Origin: the human T2T-CHM13v2.0 reference genome, Homo sapiens
DNA: 64,000 nt
Assembly (NCBI RefSeq): GCF_009914755.1
Contig: NC_060925.1
Direction: 5' to 3' (one strand)
Below are positions 27,790-42,570 of this stretch, piece after piece; positions within the stretch are counted from its first letter, which is position 1, and each line of letters starts with the position of its first letter. Position numbers and translations under genes: made by a program. The notes under the pieces are model-generated. The model had not been told where the DNA came from, did no database searches, and saw only the letters and a list, made by a program, of their open reading frames with translations.

Positions 27790-28620
27790 GTTGGGATTAG
27801 GTTCGCCTGCATGAGACAGAAATCTCCAGATAACAGTGGCTTAACCAGGAGGGATGCTGATTTCCCTTCCACATCAGTGAAGTCTGGAGGAAGGCAGGCA
27901 GTCTGTTTATGGTGGCTCCAAAGGGGTGTTGGGGCCCCAGACCTACTCCTGCTTTCTGCTCCATCACCTCTGTGGTGTGTCCCTCATCCTCATGGAAGAG
28001 AAGACACCTAGACCTCCAGCCATCCATCTCTACTCTAGGCAGCAGGAGAAAAGAAGGAAGAGAAGAGTCTGGCTGTTAGGTATGACCAGCAGTCTCTGTG
28101 TTGTAGAAAGACTCCAACCATGTCCTTCCTCCACACTGTCTCCTTATCCTGTACACCCTGTCTGCATATCTGGCACCTCTGTGCACCTGGCCACTTGGCC
28201 TGGGGGTCCACAATAGAGACTCCAGTTTTCCCACCAGTTGTTATCTATCAGGCAGGACCCTTTCACTTACAAGAGACAGAAAGCCCAGCTAAATCTGCTT
28301 CAGTAAAGTGGGATTTTATAGGCTCCTGTAAATGAGGAGTCCTGGGGCAGAGCAGGCTTGATATGGGGCTCAGATGATATCACCAGGTCCAGGTTTCTCT
28401 CTATTTACAGATCTCTGCCTCCACCTTGCTCCATCCTTGTGAGTGCAAATATCAACATCTCAAGATGGCTGTAGTGGCAGCTCTAGACCGCACATTTTCA
28501 CACATTTAAGAGCAACAGGAAGAACTATTTTGCCCAGAAGATTCAATACCATTTTATTGGTTTTGATGGGATCACCAACCACTGTGCCCAGGGAAATGGG
28601 GTTTAATGACTAGTTGAGGC
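27790..28620. mobile_element. Degenerate MLT1-type (MaLR) LTR fragments
   Basis: ataacagtggcttaacca..gaagtctggagg..; caagatggctg motifs; boundaries uncertain. Confidence 0.45.
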
Positions 28621-28958
28621 CTGGGTCACAGGAGGGCATCCCACTGAATCTCACTAACTTGGAACAGCCAAGAACCTGGGCCAGAAATACAGTGAATGGG
28701 TGAGCAGGGCAGCCAGGAAACAAGGAAACAGTGCTGTTGAACATCAAGTCCTGTCGATTCCACCTTTGTTAACTCTCTACTCTGGTCTGTGCTGTCGTCC
28801 TGCCCCTGGTAGATTCAGGAGTACTGCAACATCCTCCCTTGGTTTCCCACCCACCCTACATGCTGCTACCAAGAGTTCTTTCTGAATGCAAATGTCACTT
28901 TATCTCTCTCCTCTCTAAACCCCTTTAGTAGTTCCTGTTGCTTACAGAACAATCTAGA

Positions 28959-29273
28959 TCAGTGGTTGGCAAACTATAGCCCTTGGGACAAATCAGGTTT
29001 ACCACCTGTTTTTGTATAGCCCATGAAATAATGGCTTCTATGTTCTTAAATGGTTGAGGAAAGAAAACAAAAGATGAATGATGTTTCATGACGTGGAATT
29101 ACATGGAATTCAAATTTCAGCGTCCATAAACAAAGCTTAACCAGAACCATCGTGTTCATTTGTATACAAATGGTCTGTCTGGTGCTACAACAGCAAAACT
29201 GAATAGTTACAGCAGAGACCACACAGCCTGCAGAGCCTAAAATATTTGCTATCTGACCAGTTCACCGATCCTG
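28959..29273. mobile_element. MER58B-type DNA transposon
   Basis: cagtggttggcaaactatagccc ... cagagaccacacagcctgcagagcctaaaatatttgctatctg. Confidence 0.8.
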
Positions 29274-29403
29274 GTCTACACTCTTTAGCTCAGTGTATGA
29301 GATGCTTCTGTGATCCGGCACTTGGATCCAGCTGCTCCGCCCTCCTTGCAGATCCCTGACTATTCCCTGTCCCTGCATACCTCTGTTCTGGCTCGTTTGC
29401 TAA

Positions 29404-29748
<345 letters not shown>

Positions 29749-30245
29749 TGATTGTGGCCCATAGAAGAGGCTCTGGTATCAAGCCAGTCACCAAGGACTT
29801 CTGTATCCTCCTTTCCCCTCTCTTTCCTTCTGTGACAGGATTTTCCCTTTGTGGGCTGGTCTCATCATCCAGTCCTCACCTCAGATTATTTGGGCTCAGT
29901 CCCAAGAGAACTTTCCAATAATCTTTTTCTGCCAATGGTTAGTGGACTCCTTTGAGTTATCAGGGGGTTTGACAAGGGTTTTTGGCCAGCTGGACATCTG
30001 GCCACCATGATCAGTGACTGTGTTTTCTCTTTCTCGTTCCTCTCAACAGATACAGTTGGATATAACTCTGAAATTATTTTTTAAAAACCAAACAAGTTGT
30101 TCTTCCAACTGTTCCCTTAAATATTTGTGGATTTTTATTACATGGAACTAAATTAAATGGTAGGAATTGGTGAAGATAACTTCTTTACTGTCTCTTTTGC
30201 TGTTTAGTAGTTCTGAAGTGATAGCGTGCCTTCTAGGCTCTAGAG

Positions 30246-30536
30246 CAGGGATTGGCAAACTACATCCCATGGGCAAAATTCAGCCCATTGTCTGTTTTTG
30301 CAAATAAAGTTTTATTGAAAGACAGCTCAACCATTCGTTTACGTATTGTCTCTGGCTGCTTACATACTACAAGGAAGAGGTGAGTGATTGTGACAGAGAT
30401 GGTATGGTCCTCAAATTTGAAAGTATTTACTACAGAAATATTAGGTTGGAGCAAAAGTAATTGTGGGCCATTTTTGCAACAACCTATATATTTTACTGTC
30501 AAAAAATTTACTGCCAGAAACATTTGCTAATCCCTG
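30246..30536. mobile_element. MER58A-type DNA transposon (interrupted by MADE1)
   Basis: caggggattggcaaact ... aataaagttttattgaaa ... tttgctaatccctg terminal repeats. Confidence 0.8.
30441..30488. mobile_element. Internally deleted MADE1 (Hsmar1-derived MITE)
   Basis: ttaggttggagcaaaagtaattg ... ttttgcaacaaccta inverted ends flanked by TA. Confidence 0.8.
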
Positions 30537-32838
30537 CTTTGGAGTATAAAGGCAGCATTTTGGCCCTCATGGCTGAGGACAAGGTGAGAGTTCTATGAAT
30601 GCTTACTCCAAAGGAACTGTTCTGTTCCAGGTCATTTTAGCTTTTGGGTCTTAACTCACCAATCCTCTATCCATTCTGGTCCCCCTCTGAAAAATACTAC
30701 AAGAAATGTTATCCTTTACAGGCATGGACCAAGTTGCTTCCACCTGGAACCCCCTTCATAATCAGAGACTTTTCCCAAAAATCTATCCTCTGGTGAGGCT
30801 GTTGAACTTGGGTCACTGTTTTACAGACTAGAAGGGTGAATCAGAATTCTTTCCTTCATTAATTATTAATGACTTAGGGTACAGAGTTATCTAAATCCAT
30901 TCCTATTACAATGGCTGAGCAACAGCTTTTTCTTTCTGGTCTTACTTTCTAATAAATAGATCTTAGAAAGCAATGGGCAGTGTGTTAGAGGAGAAGGCAG
31001 CCAGGCCTGCGTGTCTTCAGCTCCATGGCCTTGGACAAGTCACGTAACCACTCTGGGCTTCTTTACCTGTAAAATGGTGATCGTGATACCTACATAACTT
31101 GCAAGGTGTTTGTGAGGATGATATTAAATCATGTGTAACTGTTATTATAATCAACAATAACCACACGGGAATGCTAATTGGAATGTCTAGAAAATCAGCC
31201 TCTGTTACCATGGATATCTATGGGATTGGGAGCCTAAGAAGGGACCTCTTCACTCACCCAAGAGGAGAAACCAACTGTGAGCAAAAAAGTCCATTGTTCA
31301 TCTGGGCTCACTCAGGTATCCTTGGCTTCCAGAAACCCCAGCTTCTTGTGGTTTCACTTATCTTGGGATCCAAATGCTGTGTGTATAAAACATGCTCCTC
31401 CCTACTTATTCCAGTTGCTGGGAAGAAATGATTCCATGAGGATGAATCATGAGACTCAGACGTGTGGACTGGGAAAGAGCATAAAGACAAAGAAGAATTT
31501 CTTCTGTGTGCTTTGTAATTCACAGTGTAATTCATTCTAGTTAGTTAGAGTTTGGTTGGCTTTCTTTATAAGGTGGGTGAGGAAGACTAACAAAAGTAAT
31601 GTGAGCCAATGTCTTCAAAAGGGGGGCTGAAACCAGTTGCAAAAAATGTCAGTCTATAGCCACTCCCAACCCACCTACTTCCCAATCTCACTAAGGCAAA
31701 ATGAAAGGACAACTGGCTAAATTACCTCCTCTCAAGAGTTGAGAGACTTGGAGGTACTGATGAGCTGCTATCTGGAAGAATAGGAGGAATCAACCCTCAA
31801 ATTTCAAAAAGCCTAGAAAGAGTAAAGCTGGGCTGAAGCAATAGTCTCCAGACAGTTGCAAGCAAGGACTGAATGCACAGAGGTGGAGATGTTGTGCTTA
31901 TAATTTCCAGCGGAAACCCTGGTCTGTTCCAGGGTGTATACAGACCTGCAGATCCCTGGGTGTTGCTTCTTTTTCTGGACGCTGACAGAGAAGATGCTGT
32001 AGCCACTGAAAATTAATCAATCATTAATTCTATCCCTTCCATAGGAAGCTGGTACTCTCTAATGGGCTCCTGGGAAAAGGGTTGGTAAGATAGCTAGAAT
32101 TCTGGCTGGCTCCAGCCAAGCTGCTGTTGGCTGAGTGGCAGAAAGAGGGCTGCGGGGAGAGTGTCCATGGCTTCCTCCCTGGCTGCTCTCTGAACACAGA
32201 CCTCAGCAGGCTCCTACTGAGTAAAGAAGACTTGCCCAAGCTGAACGCAGAAAAATCTGTCACAAAGAGAAACAAAGCCCTTTGTGATTTCCCTCATGCC
32301 AACTGTGCTCCTTGCTAATTAGCCTAATGGGAAATTTGTCTCTTCCAGACTGCAGAAAGCCGCTGACTTCCCACTGCCCCTGAAAAGTGGGTCTGAGTAA
32401 CTGACTGTAATCAGTGTCTGTGAAAAGCAAACAGTTCTGCAGTCCACTTCAAGGCAGCCTGACATCTGCTCTGGACAGCGGTCTGAGTCATTTGTGAATT
32501 GGCAGGCTTTGTTCCTAGAAGCCTAGCTAGAGCCAGGGCTGTGTCTGCATCTGGCCAGGTATGGTCCAGATAGGTATAATGGGGTGCTCTTGGTCATTAG
32601 GCAGTTCCCTTTGGCATTGACCAGGCTCTGATTTCCTTAGAAAATTGCAGCAGTGCAGTTTGGCAAGGTAATGGTTCTCTGGTGCTTACTGTTTTCAGTC
32701 TCTCCTGGTCTGGCTTTGCCAGGCCCAAGGAAAGAAGCTGCTCTGACCTCTTTCAGCCATCCTCTTCATGGCTAAGCTGTCATTTCTTTTCTACCCTTCT
32801 CTGAGTGTCCTATTAACCCACCTGTGCTTCCTTTACAG

Positions 32839-32935
32839 CGGCAGGATCCCGTATAAGGATATGTACAAATTAGTGCGGGTGATCTCGCCTCCTCTGGGCC
32901 TGGGAGAGAACTGCCCCTACAGGGTGGCTTGCAAG
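32839..32935 (+). CDS. CACNA1E: Alternative, mutually exclusive EF-hand exon (e37a/EFa paralogue): (C)[32 protein letters not shown]
   Basis: ttacag|C GGC..TGCAAG|gtttgc, 97 nt. Same length and phase as 34837-34933, no stops, shared SPPLGLG..CP..VA.K; YKDMY and RVACK match Cav2.1 EFa. Confidence 0.88.
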
Positions 32936-33213
32936 GTTTGCCTCCCAGTCCCCAGCCATGATCTGCCGTGGGATGCAACATCTAACCCCTCCTCTCTGTC
33001 CTCTGCTCCACCACCACTGCGCCACATGAGGGAACCTTCATGTTGCTTTCCTTTGAGTTTAAAGAGGTCCAAACCCTTCCAGAACCAGCAGCTGTTACAT
33101 AAAGATAAGGGCATACTTTGGGGAAAAGGCAGAAGAGTTAAGAACTTCATGTGAAGACCAGTGTGATCGCTCTCTTCACATGCACACACTCATGTATGTG
33201 TGTATATGCACAT

Positions 33214-33215
<2 letters not shown>

Positions 33216-33260
<45 letters not shown>
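33216..33260. repeat. (AC)n microsatellite between the two EF-hand exons
   Basis: Perfect AC run of ~22 units. Confidence 0.95.
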
Positions 33261-33263
<3 letters not shown>

Positions 33264-34627
33264 CCACCTTAGTCTGTATAGTTAATCAGAGGGACCTCTC
33301 CTTTCTCTATAGAATGCAGAAATATTTTTAACCCAGCAAAAGAATTCTGGCTTCTTTTCACTGGAGATGGAGAAGCCTCATTTTAGCAAAAGAGCCTCAT
33401 CGTCCCATATGTAATGTATGGAGTATGATCCTAGTGATCCCACCCTCCCAGCTCCTGGATGGTCTGGTCAGAATGACTATGAAAGCTATAGGACAGAAGG
33501 GGTGAGAAACAAGGAATTAGGGCAAGAGGTGAGAGTAGGTAAAAGAGGCATGGATTTGGTGCTGTGTGGAAGAAGGTAGTAATAGCTCAGAGAGTCTGGG
33601 AAGATCACAGTGAATGAAGCACTACTGAGAGAGTCCCTACCTTAGGGTCCTGCCATGGGTTGCTGTGAGGGATCTGAGGGAGCTGTCATAATTTCCAAGT
33701 CACTTCTTGTCAGTTACACCAAGGATATTGTTCAGGGGTGAGTAGGACCTCCCTGCTCAAATCTGCCATACCCAGGGAATTCTCTATATCCCAATGGCTC
33801 TACTAAGCCCCTATGTGAGGCCAAGCCTGCTAGGTAAGGAACCCTCTCCTGGTGCAAGTGGAGGGAAGCATGGGCTCCCTGGGGCATAGCACTGCCCAGG
33901 CAGCTGGAAGATGACCTAGGCTCAGGAAGGATGCCAGCCTGGACAATGGGATAGAGCTGGCCTGGGATGGTGACACGGTGATTCCATACTCAGGAGGCTG
34001 GACAGCTGCCTCTGCTGAGACTCTTTAAACTCCACCCTGGTGAAACCCGCAGCCGCATGTGGGAGAGCTGGGGAGGGTAGCATGGCATGCAAGATGCTCT
34101 TCCTCCTCCTGTTTTTGTTTCTTCTGTCCCCAGCATGCCATTGACCTGGCACATGCTGGGGAATAAAGAGCAGTCTTGTCCACAGAGCCAGGTGGAAGCA
34201 ACGGGGCCAACTCTTTGAGCAGCAAGCACAGCCCACCACCTTCAGTGCAAGACGCCGCCTCCTGCTGCACACACACACCAGAGGGGGGATACACGACGTT
34301 CTGCCTGTGGGTTCAGTGGAGAACAGCCTGACTTCCAGGCCAGCGCCCCAGCCGGGGTCAGAAACTCCAACCCATGGCTGGAGCACCGTCTATCCGGTTT
34401 ATACCACTCACACACAGCCCTGGGAATTGAAAATAAGCTGTGTTGTATTGGGGAGGGATGAAGTGAACAGGGAAGTCAGGGGAATGCTAATCGAGGAGAA
34501 AATGAGACCCCGTGACTGTTCCCATGGAGAGTCATAGGGACTGAAGGTTGCCACCAGTTTTCCCGGGTCTGTGTGGGGCGTGATATAAACCGCACCAGGA
34601 TGGAGTCATGTCTACGATTTGCCTTGA

Positions 34628-35218
<591 letters not shown>

Positions 35219-37031
35219 TAAGTGGTGTGTTTCCTTTTAGAGGAGGCAGAGTGGTGGCCTGTGGGATGGCATATATGGGCAAGAAGGAAGCCTACAGCAA
35301 AACAGCTATCAGTGCTCATATGCAAAGAAATATCTTCAATCAGATAAGGAAATCATGCAGAAATTCCTTTAAACGTGGAATTGTTAGGAGAAAGGAAAAT
35401 TCCTTTAAACAAGAAATTTTTAGGAGAGAGGAAAACTCATAACAAATGTTTTCACCCATGACATAGGAAGAATGGCATAGGTTCCTTCTAGGTGTAAGAA
35501 GAAAAGAGGAACCTGTCTTCCATCCTGTGATAGACTGAGGAATGCAGCTCTATTCCACTAGCCCAGCTACCCAATTCTCTTGGAAATACTCAAAAGGAAG
35601 GGAAATAATGGGCACAAGTTGTATTCAGCATTAAATTTGACTTACTGGCATAACATAGTTATGGGGCCTGGCCCCAGAGTTATGGGTGGATTCCCCTATG
35701 GCTTGCTGTTTAGAGATTATTGTACACTGGGAGTCACTTGCCCTTGGGGTGCTCATAGCTTTTGGACATGAGTTGTTTTGCCACCCATTAGTAATAGTTA
35801 CTGTTAGTTCCCCTTTGCTATTTAGACTGACCCAGAACTCTGGAGCTCTTTCATTCACCTAGGAACACATCATAGTAATGTTTCCACTTCTCTAGATGTT
35901 TAAAGAAGTGGGAGAGAGATGGAACTCAAATCCAAACAAGAAACTGGCTTTCCACTCTAAGACACCATGTGGCATCAGCTTTAGGCAGGATGCTGCAATG
36001 GAACATTAGAGACCCTTCTTTGGGAAGAGGTACTTCCCTCTCTGCCAGGCTGGTGGTTCTGCCAGAGGACGTTCTCCTGCTGCTACCTCACATTGTATGG
36101 CCCCAGATAGCATCTCACTGGAACATGGCCATTAGGGACCCTCATTCCCCCCAGTACATGGCTCCTCGTGCACAGCTTAGGGGCTGGCATCCTTTTTGCT
36201 CACGATGGCCACATCCAAAAGTACCAGGTGGTAGAATGTGGCCTTGAATTTGTACCTCTGGGATGAAGCTTGGTGGGAGAAGGGGAGCGGGGATTGGAGG
36301 AAAAGTTAAAGAGCTCCAAAAGCAAAATACTCTCTGGAAAGTGGATTTGGCCATTTCAGTGTGATCCCTTTCTTTGGGTAAGGGGAACAAGGCCTGCCCA
36401 CTCTGCTCCTGCCTGGGCCACCCTTCCTCGTTCTGTCTCCTCCGCTCTCCCCATCCTCCTACCCCAGAGCCTGTTTGCACTCTCCCCCTTGTCCATCCTG
36501 CTCCACCTCATCCTTTAGACAAGTTGGACTTATGCATGTTCAATCATGTGCGGGCAAATTTCATCTATTAAAGACTCAAAAAGGGGGCACCAGGATACAT
36601 CTTTCAAGTTAGATAAGCAAAGCAAAATCTCATTTCTCACTGTATTTCCATATGAGTTTCAGGGGGTATTCATGGGACAAGTGGAAATATGGAGCAGCCT
36701 TGAACAGGAAATGGAGCCACCTCCCCGAGCTGACTCCTTTCCTTGAGCCACTTCTTTTAGAAATCACTTCCCATCCCTAACAAAGACATTCTTAGGACTC
36801 CAAGGGGGGGCCTTACTGAATGATTAGGGAAGCCCCTTCCCTTTGGAATTTGGCATCATTCCCTTGGTGGAGAAAAAACAAACAAACTACAACAACAACA
36901 ACAACAAAACAGCAGCAAATGAGCCTTAAGTGAGAAGCAGGGAGAGAAGGACTGGGGCAGGGGATGGGGATCCTTGCCCTTCTTTTTCGTCTGTGCATTT
37001 GACCTCTACCCTTTTCTTCCTTTCTCACTGA

Positions 37032-37292
<261 letters not shown>

Positions 37293-38070
37293 TAAGGACA
37301 CAATAATGCAGTCATCTGAACATCAAGTATCTGACTCAATAACTAATAATTGCCCTTTCCTTCTGGTACAGTGAATGGTTTGATAATCTCTAGGGCTTCT
37401 TTCAGCTTTAAAAGTATATGATCTTCAGTGTCTGGCTCACAATAGGTATTCTAGAAATATTTATTGACCAGAGGTTAATTTTGTCCTTTTTTTCTGTATA
37501 TGGTTTATTTTCTCTGAAGTCTTGAGAGGCTTCTGTGGCAGAAGGTGCTGTCATAGAGGCCATGGTAGTGTTTTATTCCTCTTGATTTCTAATGATTGAT
37601 TTAGGAGAGAACAGGCTTACTACTACTTCCAGGTGGACCTTTAGCCTTTCTGCTTTTGTGCAATCTAAATCCTTTTTAAAATCAGGTCACTCAGACTATG
37701 GAGTTAGGGTTGCTGGAGGGATTGATGTATGGATAAGAAGGCAGAGGAACGTACTTGCGGCTATTGTTATTTTCTCCTCTGATGTATTGAGCACCTGGGA
37801 GGCTTTTAGAACGAATGAGGAAGTTGCTCTTAGTCTGAGGGCCTCAGATCTCTTGGCAGGATATCCCTGAGTCACTGAAAAAGGGAGCCAAAATGTGTTC
37901 TGCTTCTTCAGCAGAAAGACCTGGTATTGCAAGATCCACTGTCACTCAGTGCCAAGATTTCCTCTTAAAATATGAGGTGCCCTGCTGATTCAGCTCCTAC
38001 CTTCACCTCCTCCCTCAGTCCTGGTTATTTCTGGGTCTATTCTATTTATTAGTAATTTATCTTATTCTAG

Positions 38071-38178
38071 GTGGTGCAGACAGGCAGCAGCTAGACTCAG
38101 AGCTACAAAAGGAGACCCTAGCCATCTGGCCTCACCTATCCCAGAAGATGCTGGATCTGCTTGTGCCCATGCCCAAAG
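38071..38178 (+). CDS. CACNA1E: Exon ~41 ([35 protein letters not shown])
   Basis: ttctag|GT..AAAG|gtttgg, 108 nt. Confidence 0.98.
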
Positions 38179-38663
38179 GTTTGGGTCTTCTCCTGGGTAT
38201 CCTTGTCACTGTGGGCCCAGCATGTGAAGACTACGTCTTTGGGGGGAACCCAGAGTGATCAAAGAGATAAGGAAAGTTTGCCCTTTTCAATTAATAAGGA
38301 CAAAAGGGACTTAAGGATAAAACATGTTCTTTAAGATAGGTCACTGTGGTTGTGGATGAGACTTCCTGGGTGTATAGCTCTCTCCCTCCATATAATACTG
38401 CTCAGCAAACCTTCATGGGAGAAAGGATGTTGTCACTTAGCTATAGAGATTTAGAATGGTAGGCGTGATGCTTACTCATGTACTGCTTATCCTCAGTATC
38501 GTCACCATCACTAGGTGGGCATGCAAGCCCCCTGAGGACAGATCAGGGGATCTATGCACTCTGCATCCTCAGATCCTGGCACCATGGGGGCCCTCAATAT
38601 ACATTGGATGAATGGGTGACTGATAGCACAGACCTGTTCCAGAGAGTGGGTAACAAAGCTTAG

Positions 38664-38885
<222 letters not shown>

Positions 38886-39005
38886 TAGGCCTGTGCCTCC
38901 CTGGGGCATAGTGCCCGGCAAGGACTTAGAAGCAGCAGTAATGGGTGCGGGGCCCAAGAACTTTCTAGTGACGTGGAATTAGAAACCCAGTGGATCGAAG
39001 GTTAA

Positions 39006-39230
<225 letters not shown>

Positions 39231-40485
39231 TGAGTAGCACCAAAACATCCCTGGCATGGCTGTTTGCAATCTGTCACCCATGCTGTTGTGCAGACCCCAA
39301 AACTCACTGCTCAGAAGGGCCCAAGAACAAATACTCTGAGCTTGAGTGATCCTTTTTCTGAAGTTGAATATCTTAAAGTGATTTTCAGCAGGAGTAAGAG
39401 AAAAGCAGACTAAGCATACTTAGCACTGTGGTCAACGTCGGTGATCACTTTGAATGAACAATAGAAGAAGGGAGTTTGACTTCTTTTAATATACTTGGGT
39501 CTTATAGAGGAGATTATTTTTCTTCACAACAGAACTACAACTAATTCTTGATTATCGCTTCCCCGTGGATCTAGTGTCCTGCTGGAAGATAGAGCCTCCC
39601 TCACAGGTGCCATGCTGGCTGAGTGTAAGAGGGGAATAAAACCAGCAGTTACTGCTTTCCCTGAGGTTGACACTTATAGAGACACTATTTGCAGAATCTC
39701 ACTTGATTCCCACTCTAGCAGCCTACTATACCCTGGAGGTATATATTAATATCACCACTTTACACATGAAGAAACTGGAGACTAACTGAGGTTAACTACG
39801 TTGCCTAAAGTCCTGGGTAGTAGAATGTGGAACTGGAATTTAAGTTCCTTATTTCTGACCCCAGAGTGTTTTCACTATACCATGTTTTCTTTAATGAACA
39901 AAAGGGACCTTATTCAGAAAGGGAACTTACTTTTTCTATAATAGGAGTAAAAATAAAACACAAATTAAGGAATTTTCCCATCCTTCTGAGTGATAAGCCT
40001 TTGCCCCAATTAATCTACTATAGCATATGTATCTCATAACATTATATTTCGATCATCAGCAAGCATTTAGTGCATACCTAAAGAACACAAGTATTTCTAC
40101 TCAATGTAAATGAGCTTTTGTGATTGGGTTTAACAAAGTCCCAGTTCTTACAAAACCAGGAATCACCAAATCGCTTATGTTAATTACTAAGAGAGTGATA
40201 CTTAGGGCTTGGGAATGAGACTTCTGTCGGAGTCATTTGGAATTGCTCAGATCATTGATTTCTTTCTGCCTGTGGGGCTGGACTGTTTTTGAAAAGCACT
40301 GTTTTCAGAGATCAAAGTCCAACATCTTTGGAAGAGAAGAAAAGGATGAGAGTCATGACCAAGGTCATTTTTTTTTTAAATAATTTGATGTTATGAAGTA
40401 CAGTGTGTGAATTCTCCTGTCCACAGAAAACAAGTCAGTGTTTATCTTCTGCTTGTGTAGGAGGGAGGGAGGGAAAGAAGTATGA

Positions 40486-40804
<319 letters not shown>

Positions 40805-40934
40805 TTGTTTTTGTTTTGGCAGTCCTTGGCTTAGAAATGGGGGATACCACCCCCTAAATTGCAATCTCTGTTTATCTACAATTTGCTTTACAAATTAACC
40901 CACCACCATAGGATCACTCTGTCTTTTCTCCATG

Positions 40935-42180
40935 TATTTATTGATCCATTTACTCATTGATTTTTACCAATATTTATTAAGAGCCAATATGTCCCCAGAG
41001 CTGACTTAGGCACTGGGGCTATGGCAAAGAACACGTCCCCATGGAGACAAATCTGGAAGAAGAAATTACAAGAGCAATACAGGCAAACGATGCTGAAGGG
41101 TGGGCTGTTGTGATGTCATGGAAACAGCTCACTCAGTTTGAGGGTTTAGAGAGTCCTTCCTGAGGAAGTAACATTTGAGTGAGACTTGAAGACAAGCTCT
41201 TCAAGAGTGGTAAGAGAAAGTATGGTAAGTTTAAGGAACCTAAAAACTGTCATGATGGTTGGAGCATGGAGAGCTCAGGGGATGTGTTAAGTTATGGATT
41301 TGGAGAGATACACAGGGGCTAGTACTTTGGGGGCATTATAAGCAGGATAAAGAAATTGGATTTTGTCTTTGGATAATGGGGTTTTATGCATCAGAATCAT
41401 GTGATCAGATGTGTGCTTTCTTGAATTCAGTGTAGGCTAAATGGATTGGAGGGAAGCATTTCTAGAGGCAGGAACACCATTTCGTAGGTTACTGCAGTTG
41501 TGTAAATTATCAGTGATAGTAGCTTGGACTAGCAGGATAGAGATGGAGACAGATGGTCAGATGTGAGAAATTTGGTAGATAAGACTGGATAGGATTTGGT
41601 GATTGATTTGCTACTTGGACTAAAGGGGAAGGAGGAAGCAAAGGATTCTGGGTGAAGCCTTTGGGTGCATGTTGGTACATTTCCTGACATTGGGACACTG
41701 GTGGAACAGCAGGCTGGTTCCTCAGAACCATCTGTGTTTCTAGAGCCATGCATTGTTCAGTAGAGGTTGATCTAGGGGTATAGTGGTAGACATAACAGAT
41801 AGGGTCGCTCCCTCAAATATGGTGGAAAACCAGACATTAAACAGAGGATTATTGGAAAGAAGAAAAGTTGCATTTTCAGTGATTTACTTACAGTTCTGAT
41901 AAGTGCTAGAAAGAGTTTACAGAGTGGTAGGGGAGTTGGAGAGAAGTGTTCTGCACTCTTAGAGTGGCCTCTACTAAAATCTCGAGGCAGAAACAAGCCT
42001 AGCCTATCCAATGAACTAAAAAAGGCCGCCATGTCTGGAGTTCAGGGAGCAAAGGGGAAAGTGGTACAAGAGGAGGCTAGTGACGTAGGGACCAGATCAT
42101 GAGGGAGGCTGTGTTCAGAATTCTGGACTTTATGCCCCGGCTTGACAAGGTTTTCAAAGTAGGAGATCACTCTGGGTTCC
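40935..42180 (-). mobile_element. L2 LINE fragments, antisense
   Basis: atttactcatt..atatttattaagagc start; gatcagatgtgtgcttt, ggtcagatgtgaga..ggatttggtgattgatt motifs. Confidence 0.65.
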
Positions 42181-42281
42181 AGTTATTTAACTCTGTGAGA
42201 TTATTAAGTGATTCCAAGGGTCCTCTCCCTCTAGTGAGGATTCTATAATTATTTACTCTCTGTAGGACAAAAAGGAACCCA

Positions 42282-42570
42282 TTTCTTTCTTTCTGAGACA
42301 TGATCTCATTCTGTTGCCCAGGCTGGAGTACAGTGGCACAACTGGCTCACTTTAGCCTCGACTTTCTAGGCTCAAGTGAACCTCCTGCCTCAGCCTCCTG
42401 TGCAGCTGGGACCACCCCAGGCACGTGCTATCACTGCTGGCTAATTTTTTTTGTAGAGACAGGTCTTGCTTTGTTGCCCAGGTTGGTCTCAGATTCCTGA
42501 GCTCAAGCTATCTTCCCGGTTCGGCCTTCCAAAGTGCCGAGAGTACAGGTGTGAAACACAGTGCAAAGCC
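42282..42570 (-). mobile_element. AluJ-like, antisense
   Basis: Diverged dimeric Alu: ctgttgcccaggctggagtacagtggc..ggctcaagtga..tgtagagacaggtcttgc. Confidence 0.9.

Noticed and set aside
32883-32901. CTCF-like motif inside the e37a-like exon (CTCF regulates Cacna1b 37a)
   Set aside because: Only a partial match with core mismatches by eye; needs a PWM scan or ChIP data.
35359-35418. Imperfect ~35-nt tandem duplication (aattcctttaaac..ttaggaga x2)
   Set aside because: Two diverged copies in intron; ordinary local duplication, not an array.
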